A stretch of DNA of 63,361 bases, the filler included, from Basidiobolus ranarum (lineage: Eukaryota), in assembly GCA_040143965.1 (NCBI GenBank). It is 35 parts of 35 records of this genome, joined end to end, with 100 filler letters (N's around TTAATTAATTAA, not from the genome) between each part and the next. Parts side by side here need not be neighbours in the genome. Positions count along the whole stretch, not along the records: positions 23,639 to 25,352 come from JASJQH010011370.1; positions 25,453 to 27,166 come from JASJQH010011371.1; positions 27,267 to 28,980 come from JASJQH010011372.1; positions 29,081 to 30,793 come from JASJQH010011373.1; positions 30,894 to 32,606 come from JASJQH010011374.1; positions 32,707 to 34,419 come from JASJQH010011375.1; positions 34,520 to 36,230 come from JASJQH010011376.1; positions 36,331 to 38,041 come from JASJQH010011377.1; 27 more parts are not named here. One strand, 5' to 3'. Position 1 is the first letter of the stretch. Each line of letters opens with the position of its first letter. Positions 25,187 through 38,141 of the stretch are shown piece after piece. The notes under the pieces are model-generated. The model saw only the letters and a program-made list of their open reading frames with translations. It was not told the origin of the DNA and ran no database searches. A program made the position numbers and the translations under genes.

Positions 25187-25452
25187 GGGAAGCTAGTAAT
25201 ACGGGCTTTATCAAATATAATAGAGTCGAATCTAAAAAATCATTTTAAGCTCCACACACGTTCTAAGGTATAATCGCTCAAGTAACGTTACTGTAGCGAT
25301 GGTATAGTTAAAAAGACAGTCAAAACAATTTGGAAAAATGAACTTGGTTTAANNNNNNNNNNNNNNNNNNNNNNNNNNNNNNNNNNNNNNNNNNNNTTAA
25401 TTAATTAANNNNNNNNNNNNNNNNNNNNNNNNNNNNNNNNNNNNNNNNNNNN

Positions 25453-25900
25453 GTTACGTTTTTCGCACATGTGTTGATCCATAGTTCTCTGAGATATTAG
25501 CCAATCATTCGCAACTATTTTGCGAGATCTTGAAATTTCACTCCTGAAACTGAAAAAATTGATCAAAATCAAATCTAACTTGACGATTTTATGACGGTAA
25601 GTAAACAGTCAATCCCAAATGGATTAAAATTGTGACGGTTTTCCTACAATAACAATCCTAAAATTTCTGTTAGGGATAACTGTGGTAACTCCATGGTATC
25701 TTGACTTTTGGTGGTGTAACCAAAACTTTGAGGTAAACTACAGTCAGTGGGCTCAATGTGCAAAACCAAAGTTGATTTAGTGCACTTATTACTGTTGTTA
25801 TACACCAGGCTTTCTGCAGCTGGTGGCTTTGTATAGTAACTGTGCGTGTGATTATTTTTTCTATGAAGCCTACAGCTTTCATAGCCCAAGAATTTGCAAC
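25453..25900. mobile_element. CACTA terminus (..TTTCTGTTAGGG at 25675) inserted in transposase 5' region of the same family
   Basis: 25453-25675 is the reverse complement of 54543-54765; 25676-25900 matches 35144-35370. Confidence 0.8.
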
Positions 25901-26959
25901 AATTATAGAAGGGCTTCTTTAAACATTCATGTTGTGGTGTAGTTTTGGCAATATTCCAATCATATCCTGAACATAATAAGTAGGAAGAATATTATCTATT
26001 GCTATGTTATAATATTTTACAGGTCAAGAAAAAGAGCGAGAATATTTGAATGCTTATAGTAACATCAATTCACGCAGCAATGAAAAACTCCTGAATTAGA
26101 GCTTTGCAACCATGCAAGTATCGTAAAATTTGATCAAATATTGTTGGAGCTACAACTATTTTAAGATTGCCAACACGAAAATTAACACTAGCATATATTC
26201 AGAACACAGGAATTTAGGACCTCAAGATGCTCACAAAACTAGTGCTAACTTTTGAACCAGCCAATAGATTTTAATTACATTATGCACAGAGCTGCAACAG
26301 TACTTGATGCTGATGTGTTCAATATTTTAAAGCCACAACTGCTATATTAGTGATCTTATTTGCACTTTAATGCTAAGCCACCCTTTGAAAGCATTTATTC
26401 TGAGCTGTTTCTTTATAGAAGCAACCCTTCCCCCTATTGAATCACCTTCTAGCCTTAGCACCATCCAAAACTGCACCATATTCTTTATCCTTTCTTTAAC
26501 TAGATATTTGACCTTGTACCATAGTAAGATAATAAAGATTCCTGTTGCAACTCAAGTAGGATTAACTATTGAAGATTGCAGTACAGATTTGTTCATAGTT
26601 ATCTTCAATTTTACAGCTATAGAGAATATCAAACTCTTAATCAATGTCTTTGCCAATCTCAAAAGAACTATATCTTTTTTGTCAGACTTCAAGTTAGAGA
26701 AACCACCAGAGTTTTATCTACCCTTATAGTATTGAGGATTTCTGATAGTTCTATCATCAGATATAATCTTTTCTCATAAAGTCTTCAGGCTACTGATGTA
26801 CTAAAGTGTGTCTTTACACTTTAAAGATAGAGTGAAAAATGTATCTCCTATCAATATTTTTAAGCTTCCAGTATAAAAAATTCAGCTTTGCTGGAGATTT
26901 GTAGTGGGATAAAGCTTTATTACTGAGTATTTAAGTCAACATCCCTATCCCACACTACA

Positions 26960-27166
26960 GCAGCATGAGAAGGATATTGTAGAAACAAGAACACCTCCCA
27001 CATAAGGGTGGTATTTTAGCTATTGGCCATCAATATCATCAGCTGATTCTGAGATGGTGTCACAGATGAGTCATCAGGGGATTTACAAGATATTTCCTGT
27101 AATGGATGGCAATTTTGGTTTATTATAAGCTGTTTCTAAGCAATTTCATTACACCAAGTTTACCAT
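26960..27166. mobile_element. CACTA intergenic region fragment
   Basis: Reverse complement of about 48210-48412. Confidence 0.7.
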
Positions 27167-27266
27167 NNNNNNNNNNNNNNNNNNNNNNNNNNNNNNNNNN
27201 NNNNNNNNNNTTAATTAATTAANNNNNNNNNNNNNNNNNNNNNNNNNNNNNNNNNNNNNNNNNNNN

Positions 27267-28980
27267 TTCTTAACCACATAGCCTCCTTTATTGTATGTGA
27301 TGCTGCCATGTATTCTGCTTCAGTTGTTGAAAGTGCTACAGTGGGTTGTTTCTTGCTATTCCAAGATATGGCTGCTTCACTATAGAGAAAGGTCTATCCA
27401 GTGATTGATCTTTGCTCCTCAATATCACATCCCCAATCTGCATCATTAAGCCCAATTAGCTTCTTATTCTCATAAGAATATGTGTATCTTAATCCCAGAT
27501 CAATTATCCCCTTCAAATGTCTGAAAATCTGCTTAACTGCTGCATAATGATCAGATCCAGGGCTTTGCACATGTTGGCTAACTACACCCACTGCAAAAGA
27601 GATATCTGGCTGGGTCCCAGTCATAGAATAGATCAAGCTACCTACCATAGACTGATAAGGGAACTCAGGGCTTTCAAATTACATATTTTGAACCATATTT
27701 GGCCAATTTTCATCATTTTTGATGGTATTTTTGACTAGTTTCACACCTGGATCCATGGAAGTTGCTACAGGCTTGCAATTCTCCATCTTGTAACATTGGA
27801 GAATGTCTGAGATGTATTTAGATTGATTTGGAGTAATAGGTTTGCTCAATATATCTGTATGGATCTGCAGGCTAAAAAATACATAAGCTCACCTACATTG
27901 GTCAGCTTGAATTGGATTGAGAGATCTCCTTTGGTGTTCCTGAGAGCCTTGTCATTATTTGTAGCTATGAACAGATCATCTACACATAAGGCAAGTATCA
28001 TCTCAATGTCCTTATCTATCGTAAAGTAGTTCCTAAACTCAGCCATACACTTTTGGAAATCAAGATATTCCAAGTGAGTGTCTGTCTTAGTGTACCAGGC
28101 CCTGGGCAATTGTGTAAGTCCATAAAGTGATTTTTGTGGGTTACACATGTCCTCAGGGTGCTCAGTATTCACAGAACCATCTGGTTGATCCATGATTATT
28201 TCCTCTTCTAAGTCCCCATTCAAAATAGCAGTTTTAACATCCATGTGATGGATTTTTAATCTGTGTTTTGCTGCTTCTGCAAGTATGGTTCTGATGGATT
28301 TAAACTTTGCTACAGGCAAACATGTTTCATTGAAGTCCACTCCTTCCATTTGAGAGTATGCTCTAGTCACAAGTCTGGCTTTATAACTTTCACAGATCCA
28401 TCAGCTTGCTGTTTATCTTTAAACACCCAGTTGCATCCAATTGATTTTTGGTCATCAGGTAGCTTAACCAAAGTCCAAGCTTGGTTATCTATGAGTGACT
28501 GATACTCCTCTGCCATTGCAGCACTCCAAAACATTGCGTTCGGAGTCTCCATAGCCTCCTGTACTGATTTGGTTCATCAGATAAGGCTGAATTAGCTCTA
28601 AGCTCTTTTTGGCTACTGTGAGAGTAGTAATCATGTGGAGATCTCATCTCATTGGATCTCCTAAGATGAGAAATTGCACTAAAATCTCTGGTACCAACTT
28701 AGGCAATGAAACCCCCTTAGGCTTGGTTAAGGAGACTGCAGGTGCGGAATTTCCAATGTTTTTCTCACTGATCAGCATCTGGTGAGAGAAAGAATAATTT
28801 TTATCAATCTTTGGTTGTTTTTCTTGATCCTGGATTGTTTTGATTGAATGTTTTTCTTCTTCAGCAAATTCCACATCCCTTGACTAGATTAGCCTCTTAT
28901 TTTCAGTGTCATATAGTCTGTACCCTTTTATTCTATTACAATATCCCAAAAAAAGACATTTCTGGCTTTTTTGGTCTAAT
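27267..28980 (-). mobile_element. Copia integrase tail-RT-RNase H remnant, same family as 10921-12639
   Basis: [49 protein letters not shown]; linker colinear with 11460-12639. Confidence 0.93.
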
Positions 28981-29080
28981 NNNNNNNNNNNNNNNNNNNN
29001 NNNNNNNNNNNNNNNNNNNNNNNNTTAATTAATTAANNNNNNNNNNNNNNNNNNNNNNNNNNNNNNNNNNNNNNNNNNNN

Positions 29081-29695
29081 TGCAATTAAATTGAACTTTC
29101 CTACAGAAGCAAAAGTTTCTGTATACTCTGTTCATGGTACTTGCAAATACCCTTTAGCTTCTAGTGTAGCCTTGTACCTTTCTAAATTGCTATCAGTGTT
29201 GTATTTAACTTTAAACCCTTCTTGATTGTTTATCATCAGACAAGTTGGTTAAAATACAAGTTTGTTTATTAATCAAAGCCTAGTAATCATCAACCATTGC
29301 AGATATTCAAAATTTTGCTCAAGGACCAATCAGAGCCACTTTGACAGTCTGGGGCTCATGCACTTGAGCTCTGTAGGCGTAGGCCCAATTTTGTGACTCA
29401 TTGATATAGTAATCAGGGCTATTTCTGATCCAATTTGATCTCCTGGTTTGGGATAAGGGTACTACAACTTTTGGCATTGTTTTGGGCACTTCAATAGGCA
29501 GAATTTTGGTTGAAGAATCTGCAGATATACTAGTTTCTGCTAAAGTATATGGGATCCCATTAGAAGTAGTTTGGAGAATTAGTAAAATTGGTGGCTTTCA
29601 CTTATTGATTTGTTGAGTAGAAAGTTGACATTTCAAGTTTTGTCAAGATGCAAGCAAACTGACATGCAGAATGTTTTAAGGAAGGTCCCAGGAAC
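29081..29695 (-). mobile_element. Copia RT start/linker remnant with partial LTR-A (about 29538-29695)
   Basis: FKVKYNTDSNLERYKATLEAKGYLQ..YTETFASV; the LTR-A end follows. Confidence 0.75.
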
Positions 29696-29699
29696 GTAA

Positions 29700-30793
29700 T
29701 ATTACTGTGTGTATTGGTGACCCTCCTGCCTTCAGCAAACTTGGAGGTTTTTGTGGGCACAATGCACTATCTTGCTGTAGATTTTGTCAAATCAATGGAG
29801 TTTACTCTATCAGGCATATGCATTACTACTGTTTAAATACAACACTAAACTCCATGCTTTTACCATCAAGAGCCCAGTCAGATTTCAACATGATCCCTAA
29901 TATCAATTCACCAAATAGTCAGTCTAACTTCAAACTTGGTATTAGCCAAAAGCCTAAGATTATATTGCTAACAGGAATGTGCTGAAGCCAGAGCTTCCCA
30001 CTATGCACTATCTACTTACTATTCATCAACATTCCAATACTACTTACTCAGCTATATAGTGCAAAATTCAACATGAATGAGCCATTTGAGATAGGATCAA
30101 AGTTTTAATCAATTTGGGAGAATAGTTGAAAACATCAAGATACCATTGTATATTTCCAGGACTCCCATCAATATCCACTCATCTAGGTGTTTATTCAAAT
30201 ACAAAGACTGGAAGTATTGGATTTGTATATATTCAAGAGGAATTGTGAAACGATTTCTGCCTGATCAGTATTGGCAATGTTGGGAGTGGTTTGTAGATGT
30301 TATTAACATATTTTTAGAGCATCAACTTACATTAGCAGATCTCTGGCAGATTGAGCAACGGTGCAAAGATTTTGGATTTGGATATGAAAAACTTTATAAC
30401 AAGTTTGAAGATGCTAGACTGAATCTATGCTGGTATTCAATACATTCCCTGCTGCATCATTCACAATGCTTAGATATTAGAGGCCCTTGCTATATATTTG
30501 GGGGCTCCCAATGTGGTGTGCCTGTGGTGAAATAATGTTCTGTGTGAAACTGTTGGTATTACCATATGCTAATCTGATTAACAACGTATCAGCAAAATCA
30601 GTGAGGGATTTCATGCAATGGGTTAAGGCAACTACAGAATACATCAACCTTCCCACAAAGGCCTCTTTTCAATGTGCTCATGGTTTTAGTATTGTTTGAG
30701 CACAATAACAGCAACAAACCACAATCCATGGACATAGAGTAGTAACTCTATAATATGGACTAATTGGTTTGTTTGCTAATCTGACAATACTTC
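29700..30793 (+). mobile_element. CACTA transposase C-terminal half remnant
   Basis: IGDPPAFSKLGGFCGHNALSCCRFC, KDWKYWICIYS, YSIHSLLHHSQCLDIRGP. Confidence 0.88.
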
Positions 30794-30893
30794 NNNNNNN
30801 NNNNNNNNNNNNNNNNNNNNNNNNNNNNNNNNNNNNNTTAATTAATTAANNNNNNNNNNNNNNNNNNNNNNNNNNNNNNNNNNNNNNNNNNNN

Positions 30894-31028
30894 TTGCAGG
30901 GTAGGTATGGGGTTACCAGGGCAATTCCACAAGTAAGAGACACCATTTTGAGTGGTTTGGCCAACCAATACACCTTCAACGGCTGTGGCGACAGCGAAAA
31001 GAGCTACTAAACCAGTAGAATATTTCAT
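30894..31028 (-). CDS. N-terminus of a secreted protein
   Basis: MKYSTGLVALFAVATAVEG signal peptide; TATA-like TTTATAAATA about 50 bp upstream; runs off the contig. Confidence 0.6.
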
Positions 31029-31574
31029 CAGAGGGTAAAAATAACAAATTTATCTATACAGCAGTGTCTATCTTATTTATAAAGGCACTAAGAACTTCAA
31101 ATCCTTGTATATGACTGTTTAAAGCGTAGTACCTGTTAATTCTGTGTCCCATTAGCACCGATCATTACCATAGTTAGAGTAGAAGAGCTGCATCAATGTC
31201 TTTACAGTTGCCCTAAGTTGTATAAAAATGAATACTCCATCGGTTGAAATACATACGCCATGCATCTTTCGACCCAATCTAGTAGCGGAGGGGTGTAAAA
31301 GTGGCAAGAAGCCGCAGATAATTTCCGCTGAATGATAGGTCGTGTGAGAATTTTCATCAGTAATGTATAAATACATATATGGCTAGGTATCCATTAGTGA
31401 TGTTGTCTACTAGGTCACTTTCGATTATATATCGCTAATACCTAATGCACAATTACCAATGCCTAATGATTCTAACCCTAAGTGGGTTAGTTAAGTCTGA
31501 TTCAATACAATGTTATATTTCATCTGCGATATTGATCTTGATTTATGGTACGTAAGTTGGACTCGGATCTTGAT

Positions 31575-32416
31575 TTATCGTAGGTAAGTTGATTCGGGTT
31601 TTAATTCGCTTTTCACTTTTAATTCACTTTAATACAATGCTAACAACATACCACTACGATAGTGAAGCCACAATCGAATAGACAATCGAAAACCTATCAA
31701 TATGAAATAAGGCACCTTCATAATGATATAGCATCGTTGCTTTTTCTGACTTATGAATACAAATCATGTAGTTAGGCCATGAATTTAGCTACTTGGGCTT
31801 CATTGCTCAAGTTTGCCGCACTTCCCATACGAAATTAGGGAGTGCAGCCAAGATGATGTCGATTATATAATCAGTGGCATAACGCGTGAATAACAATTAT
31901 GTGCAATATCCTTTATAAACAGTACCAATTAAGCCCAATGGATTGGCGATACCGATCTTTCTTTATTGTAGGTAAGTTGATTCTAGTTTTAATTGATTTT
32001 TCACCTTTAATTCACTTTGATGCAATACTAAGACGGTCATGTGAGACCATACAACACACCAATCTATGACCGTGAAGCCACAATCGAAAGCCTATCCATT
32101 GTCAATATGAAATATGACACCCTATCTGCGATTGTCATGATACAGTGTAAGCTTTTCTGACATCCTAACCTATGCATACAGATCCTCTGTTTAGGTATTC
32201 AGACTGTATTGCTCAAGTTTAGTGAACTTTCCTAAAGAAACTAGGGGATGCAGGCTAAAATAATGTCGATGACATAGTCAGTGACGTAGCGCGTGAAAAC
32301 CAGCCAAGGGTAGTAAGTACGATGGTATCCATTAGACATGGTTGGATAATAGTAATCCGATCAGTTGAAACATAAATAACAATTATGTGCAATATCAATT
32401 ATAAACAGTACCAATG
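31575..32416 (+). repeat. Diverged direct duplication in intergenic DNA
   Basis: GTAGGTAAGTTGATTC..TTTAATTCACTTT at about 31580 and 31968; AATAACAATTATGTGCAATATC..TATAAACAGTACCAAT at 31889 and 32375. Confidence 0.8.
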
Positions 32417-32539
32417 ATGACCATGGAGGTTCCAGGTGTGCTTTAATGTTGATTTTGTTTTGGTGAGCATTGCAATGAACTTGGCGGCTTGGGACTTACC
32501 TATATAAGAGCATATTCAAAATCAAAGGGCCAACATAAT

Positions 32540-32606
32540 ATGTACGAATCAACTTCCAATACCAAAAGTGCTGACCAGCAAGTCCGCATCGAAAACTTCA
32601 TTGGAT
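32540..32606 (+). CDS. Possible gene start (MYESTSNTKSADQQVRIENFIG)
   Basis: ATG in ATAATATG context about 35 bp after TATATAA; open to contig end. Confidence 0.35.
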
Positions 32607-32706
32607 NNNNNNNNNNNNNNNNNNNNNNNNNNNNNNNNNNNNNNNNNNNNTTAATTAATTAANNNNNNNNNNNNNNNNNNNNNNNNNNNNNNNNNNNNNN
32701 NNNNNN

Positions 32707-33353
32707 TGGGCCGGTGAGCTTTTGAATCGCTTGTTCTTTAGGTCTCAATATCTGTGACTCCATAATACTATTCAAGTTTTGACCAAGCTTAGTGGATGGT
32801 TTCTCAACAGAAGTCATTTTACTACCTTCTTTTGTGGATACTTTGTGAATTATCCTGTTCTCAGCGTAATTATGACTGGGTTTCCATTTTTCAAAGTTAA
32901 ACTCGGAAGAATGAAACTCTCCTCTTTCAAATGAATTTTGACCACTTGTTCTTAACTGAGCATGTGTTTCGACAGGTGTCGGTTGTTCTACTGGTTCTCG
33001 TTTGGCCCATTTGTTGGATTTTTGGGTTTTCTTGATTAAAGCTAAACGTTCCTCGGGTGGCATATGGTTAGCTGGCGAGTGCCTGAGAAGATCCCCGAGT
33101 ATACGCTCTTTAACTGGTTTGGTCCATATATTGACATCATCTTGTGCGGGAAAGAAGGTTTTAAATGGACGAACTGAGCTCGAACAATAACTCGTGCTAT
33201 GAATACTACGAACAAATAAACCAGACTAATAAGAAACTGATCTTTAGAAAAAAGAAGTTTTCAAGAGCTATTTATACCAATATATACCTTATATTTCAAG
33301 ATACGAAGGAAGATACTCGTGTTTCTTGTATATTACCAAGATAGTTGTGACAT
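32707..33353 (-). CDS. 5' part of an unrecognised protein, possibly mitochondrial
   Basis: Long open exon from about 33225 (SGLFVRSIHSTSYCSSSVRPFK..MPPEERLALIKK..) to contig end; start codon tentative. Confidence 0.55.
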
Positions 33354-33823
33354 GGTAGAAGTCTAATTCTATCTTTGCACCTCACTGATTTATTTCCTTA
33401 CCAACGTACGTACTAAAGGCTATGAAATGAGGAATACTCGGAACTTTCCAGGTTTTAACTTAATTATGGAAAAACACTAAACAAGTCATCATCTAAATCC
33501 TTCAAATTTCGATCAAATTTCTCACTCTTGTCCTTTTTGAAATAGAAATGAGTGTCTAGACTTTTACAGTTTGTACTGACTGCTGTTGAGCCAGTGTATG
33601 TGTTCAAAGTAATGATATCAACCATTGTTTCAATTCTCATCATTGGGATTGTTAATTCCTTCTTATATCCACCATTTCACCTGCAAACATCTCCTAAAAC
33701 CCGCTAATCATTTAGTTTGACCAAAAATTCGATTAAAAATTCCAGTACCAATCAATAAATATATTCTCAATTAAACTCCAAGCTAGTAAATCTCCTTTTC
33801 CTAACCAATATTTTACTTTCAAA

Positions 33824-34419
33824 ATGGTGGATCCTAAGAGTAAAGAAAGGGAAAAGCAAGTAAAAAAGAGACCCATTTCCCCTTTAAGATATCAGTTAGA
33901 GTTATATATTAACTCACTTATAGCAATCTAGGTATAAATACACCTCAGAAATTCAACAAATGATGTTCGTGTTTGGGGAAGTTGCTGATCCTTTACCAGA
34001 AACCACTATGTTGGTAGAAGATATCGTTCGTTCACAAGTGATCGAAATTGTAAGTTCAATAATCTTGACTGTTTATACCACTTTTATTTGTTCTCTTAGT
34101 CTAATATTTTGAATAGATCATTCTGGCTGCAGCTCAGGCACAAAAAAGAGGCTCCAAAAATATGAATGCAGAAGATTTGATCTTTTTAATTAGACGAGAT
34201 AGAGCTAAAGTTAATAGATTACGTACATATTTAAGTTGGAAAGATATTCGTAAAAATGTTAAAGATTCTGGGGGTAACGATGCTGCAGAAGAAATGTTAG
34301 AAGACCCGAATACTGGTGATACAGCTGATAAACCTAAAGCTAAACGTATGAATGTAAAGTTGAGTTGGGAACTTGCTACCTCTTTCTTGGATGCTTTAAA
34401 TGATGACGACGATGAAAAC
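33824..34419 (+). CDS. SPT3: SAGA complex subunit Spt3, 5' part, introns
   Basis: YKYTSEIQQMMFVFGEVADPLPETTMLVEDIVRSQVIEI and EDLIFLIRRDRAKVNRLRTYLSWKDIRKN. Confidence 0.95.
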
Positions 34420-34519
34420 NNNNNNNNNNNNNNNNNNNNNNNNNNNNNNNNNNNNNNNNNNNNTTAATTAATTAANNNNNNNNNNNNNNNNNNNNNNNNN
34501 NNNNNNNNNNNNNNNNNNN

Positions 34520-35395
34520 GGTAGTGATATCAAGCAAGTATATTGAAAATGCCATCACCTTTATGGTGAGTACTTTGGTAATGGATCAATGAACTATATT
34601 TGGGTGATTTCATCAAAGCTTTAAGATTGGTAATCACAGGTATGTAAGCCAAATATGAATGATATTTACCTGATTCAATGATTGCTAGATGTGTGCAAGC
34701 AGTACCTGACTTCAGGTTTTTCAGATCACTGGGGAAAGCCAAACAACCATGTGGACATGAAGGTAGTTTAATTACTGAAGGATTTTAAGTCACACAAATA
34801 ATAAGTCTTTTCAACTTGTACCAGGTCCGTGGCAAGCAACAGTTGCCAATCAACTGTGGTCAAAGCATAAGAAAACTAATAAATGCCTGGTTGCTAAGAT
34901 TTTATTGAACTCTCCACTCCTCAATAATCAAAGCTGCTACCTTTACTGTAAGTGTTATGTGTGAACAAATGCCTGCTGATAACAAAGAGTCTGTAACAAA
35001 ACCATCATCTTCTACTTCAACTTCTTATATACTACCGTTAGTACAGGAAAAAACAAGGTCAACACCTAGCAGCAAATCCTCAAAGCTGTCTGGACTAACT
35101 GGTTCAGCCAAAGTTGTATTTCTACATACATCATTCTAGTCATATAACTGTGGTAACTCCACTTTGTCCTGACTTGTGGCAGTGTTACCAAAACTTAGAG
35201 GCAAAGCAGAGCCAGAGGACTCAGTGAGAAAAACTAAAGCCAACTTAGGGCACCTTTTAATATTGATATTCACCAGGCTTTGTACAGCTGGTAGTTTTGT
35301 TTGGTGACCATGCTTGTGATGATTTTTCTTTGAAGCCTCTGGCTTTCTTAGCACAAAAATTGGTGACAATAATAGCAGGGCTTTTTTAAACATAT
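34520..35395 (-). mobile_element. CACTA transposase 5' region remnant
   Basis: Reverse complement of 7290-8065; CPHGCLAF, AYIPVITNLK. Confidence 0.85.
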
Positions 35396-35419
35396 GTATT
35401 GCAGCATGAGAAGGATATT

Positions 35420-36230
35420 GAGATTGTAATCCCCCAATTACGTAGTAAATCAATAGTTAAGCAAAGTACAACAGAAACAACATCAAGACCAGCAACTTAC
35501 AAAATGACTACTTTGCCAACTATTGAAAAATTCTCTGTAGAAAATTTGGATAGCAATATTACAATAGGGGAATCTCAGGCAGAACACCATAATGATATGT
35601 ATTTGATTGTAAGTAATAGCTACAAAGCTGCTATGACAAGCAATACTGCCACAAAATTGCAACTCATGTGGTGCTTGGAAGCAACTAGTCAACAGTTAGA
35701 GAGTCACTCAACAACAATACAAGACCTTCAGAGTGCTGTACTTGAGCTACAGCAACTTGGTGCACCCTCTGTCCATTCCTGTACAGGATTCCAATCAATT
35801 ACACCCCATATATATGAATGTCACTGTTTCAATCTGCCTATGCAGAATAGGTGACAGACCATTAAGCCTACACAATAACCCATACTTGGTTGGGCACATG
35901 AACGTGGAAATCTTATAGGAAACCAGCAAACGAAAAGTTTTTGAATGTCAGAGCTGCCATCACTTGCTCTGATGATGAGTGGTTTAACATTTTGGATACT
36001 GTGTGGAATCTTGCCCAAAATCACCTGGATTTGAGTCAATCGTGGAAAAACCAAAAACCAGGTGTTACTCTGAAGGTTCTTGACTTATTTCATGTGGCTT
36101 ATCCAGGGCTTTTGCAAGTAAATGGCAATTGGGCTAGTATAGGCCTATTCATGAAACATCTCAAAAATGTACACAATTATTGACCTGGAAAAGAAAGAAA
36201 AGCAGCTAAAGAAGTACTGAAGGAGTAGGA
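35420..36230 (+). mobile_element. CACTA accessory ORF remnant, divergent from transposase
   Basis: VRAAITCSDDEWFNILDTVWNLAQNHLDLSQSWKNQ..YPGLLQVNGNWASIGLFMKHLKN; paralogous copies at 47193-47965 and 55873-56135. Confidence 0.75.
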
Positions 36231-38141
36231 NNNNNNNNNNNNNNNNNNNNNNNNNNNNNNNNNNNNNNNNNNNNTTAATTAATTAANNNNNNNNNNNNNN
36301 NNNNNNNNNNNNNNNNNNNNNNNNNNNNNNCTAGACCATTGCAGAGATGTACTAGATCACTCCAAATTGAAGAGACTCCCAACAAGGTATCTATTTCACA
36401 AAACAAATCTACACAACTCACCACTAGTATTGAGGTTACACCTCCAACAAGGGCAAGAGCCCAACATGTTGGTTCATCAGCTAGTAGTACACATTGACAG
36501 CAACACCAGCCTGGAAGGGTCCATGATGTTTCTCCTGTTTTTGATGAAGAGCAAGCAGTCAATGAAGAACCACAAAGAGGATGGCCGGCATTCTTGTCCT
36601 TCATAGCACAAGACTTACCTGATTGAACCAAACCATACAACAAGCTTTTTACATCTGGAGAAGAGTCAGCTCCAAGGAGCATGCCACCAGAAGAACATAC
36701 CAGTTTAATATGTTCTACCATGCAACAGCAACAAAGGACAGCCACAAGATTTATTGAACTTTCCACTTTGTTGGTTCAAGATCTGACACCTGAGAGAAAT
36801 ATAATAGGACAGCAATCTATTACAATGCATATCCCCACAAGACCAAGACAACAGGTGTTTGAGAGAGATAGTAAAACTCTTGCTGAGCTGGAAGAATCCA
36901 CAACAGTCAAACACAAAACCTCAAGGCACACAATATGTTCTGATGCATTCTGCCATGCAACCAAGGTCACAGTGGCCAGTCAAAAGAGATGAAGCTTCTA
37001 TTGTGGTTGAAGCATCAGTAACTGTTGGGCACAAACCTCAAGTGAAACATTCCAGGTCAACATGTAGAGCTGTGTGCCAGCAGCAATGGCTGGTTGACCC
37101 ATTAAGTGAAGGCTTCACATCTGAAGAAGAGACTGTAGATACAAACAAACTGCAAACTTGACTGAATGAGCTAACACATACCACAGTGCATTGACCTCAA
37201 GCCACAACTCATGCTGGCTAAGGTAGAGGAACTTCAGCAGGATCAAACCAACCAGCTCAGGACAGAGGTTCAAGCAAAGTTCCTTTTGTGGAAATATAAA
37301 GGAGACAGCAGAAATAACGGAAGTAAATCAGCATGTACCACTTCAAACCTGGGCAACTGCAGAACACTCTGATTAACACTTATATTATCCTATCTTCACT
37401 ATTTAGCACATCATGCAAAATCAATATGGATTGCAGTTAAATATAGAATCAGTTGCTTTTGTTAGATCACAATTGCATATGTCTTCATGAAACACTGATA
37501 GCATGAAATTATCATATATCAAAAAATTCAATGATAGCCTATTAATACAAGCAATTTCACTACAATTAAATGAAAAATGTCTGCCAATAAAAAGCTTGTG
37601 CTGCCATATTGGCTTGATATGGCTCAATCTGTTCACATTCTCACCCAATCAGAAGCTTACTTGATTGAATGAATAATTTGCTAATCCAAAAATGATGAAT
37701 CAAGCAATCCTGATCATTACTTTCATACTGCAGATTGATCCATCTTTGAGTGCTGTGATTTGTAACCAGTTTGCCAAAACTACTGGTGTTTTGTAATGCA
37801 GGAGCCATTGGGCCCAATCAAAAATCAGGATATTGAGTTTGTGAGGGACAAATGATTGGCCTAAAAACATGCAAATGTCTTTATTATACATTTGATTGGG
37901 TCAGTTACAGTAGAAATTGCTTATTGTTATGCATTCAGTAATTGGTTAGTTACAAACCAGGGGATGAACTTGCTTTGTCAGTTACCCAAAACCTTAACTT
38001 GGTGATACTAAATTGGGTAGCTTGGTATGGGTAGAAACAATNNNNNNNNNNNNNNNNNNNNNNNNNNNNNNNNNNNNNNNNNNNNTTAATTAATTAANNN
38101 NNNNNNNNNNNNNNNNNNNNNNNNNNNNNNNNNNNNNNNNN

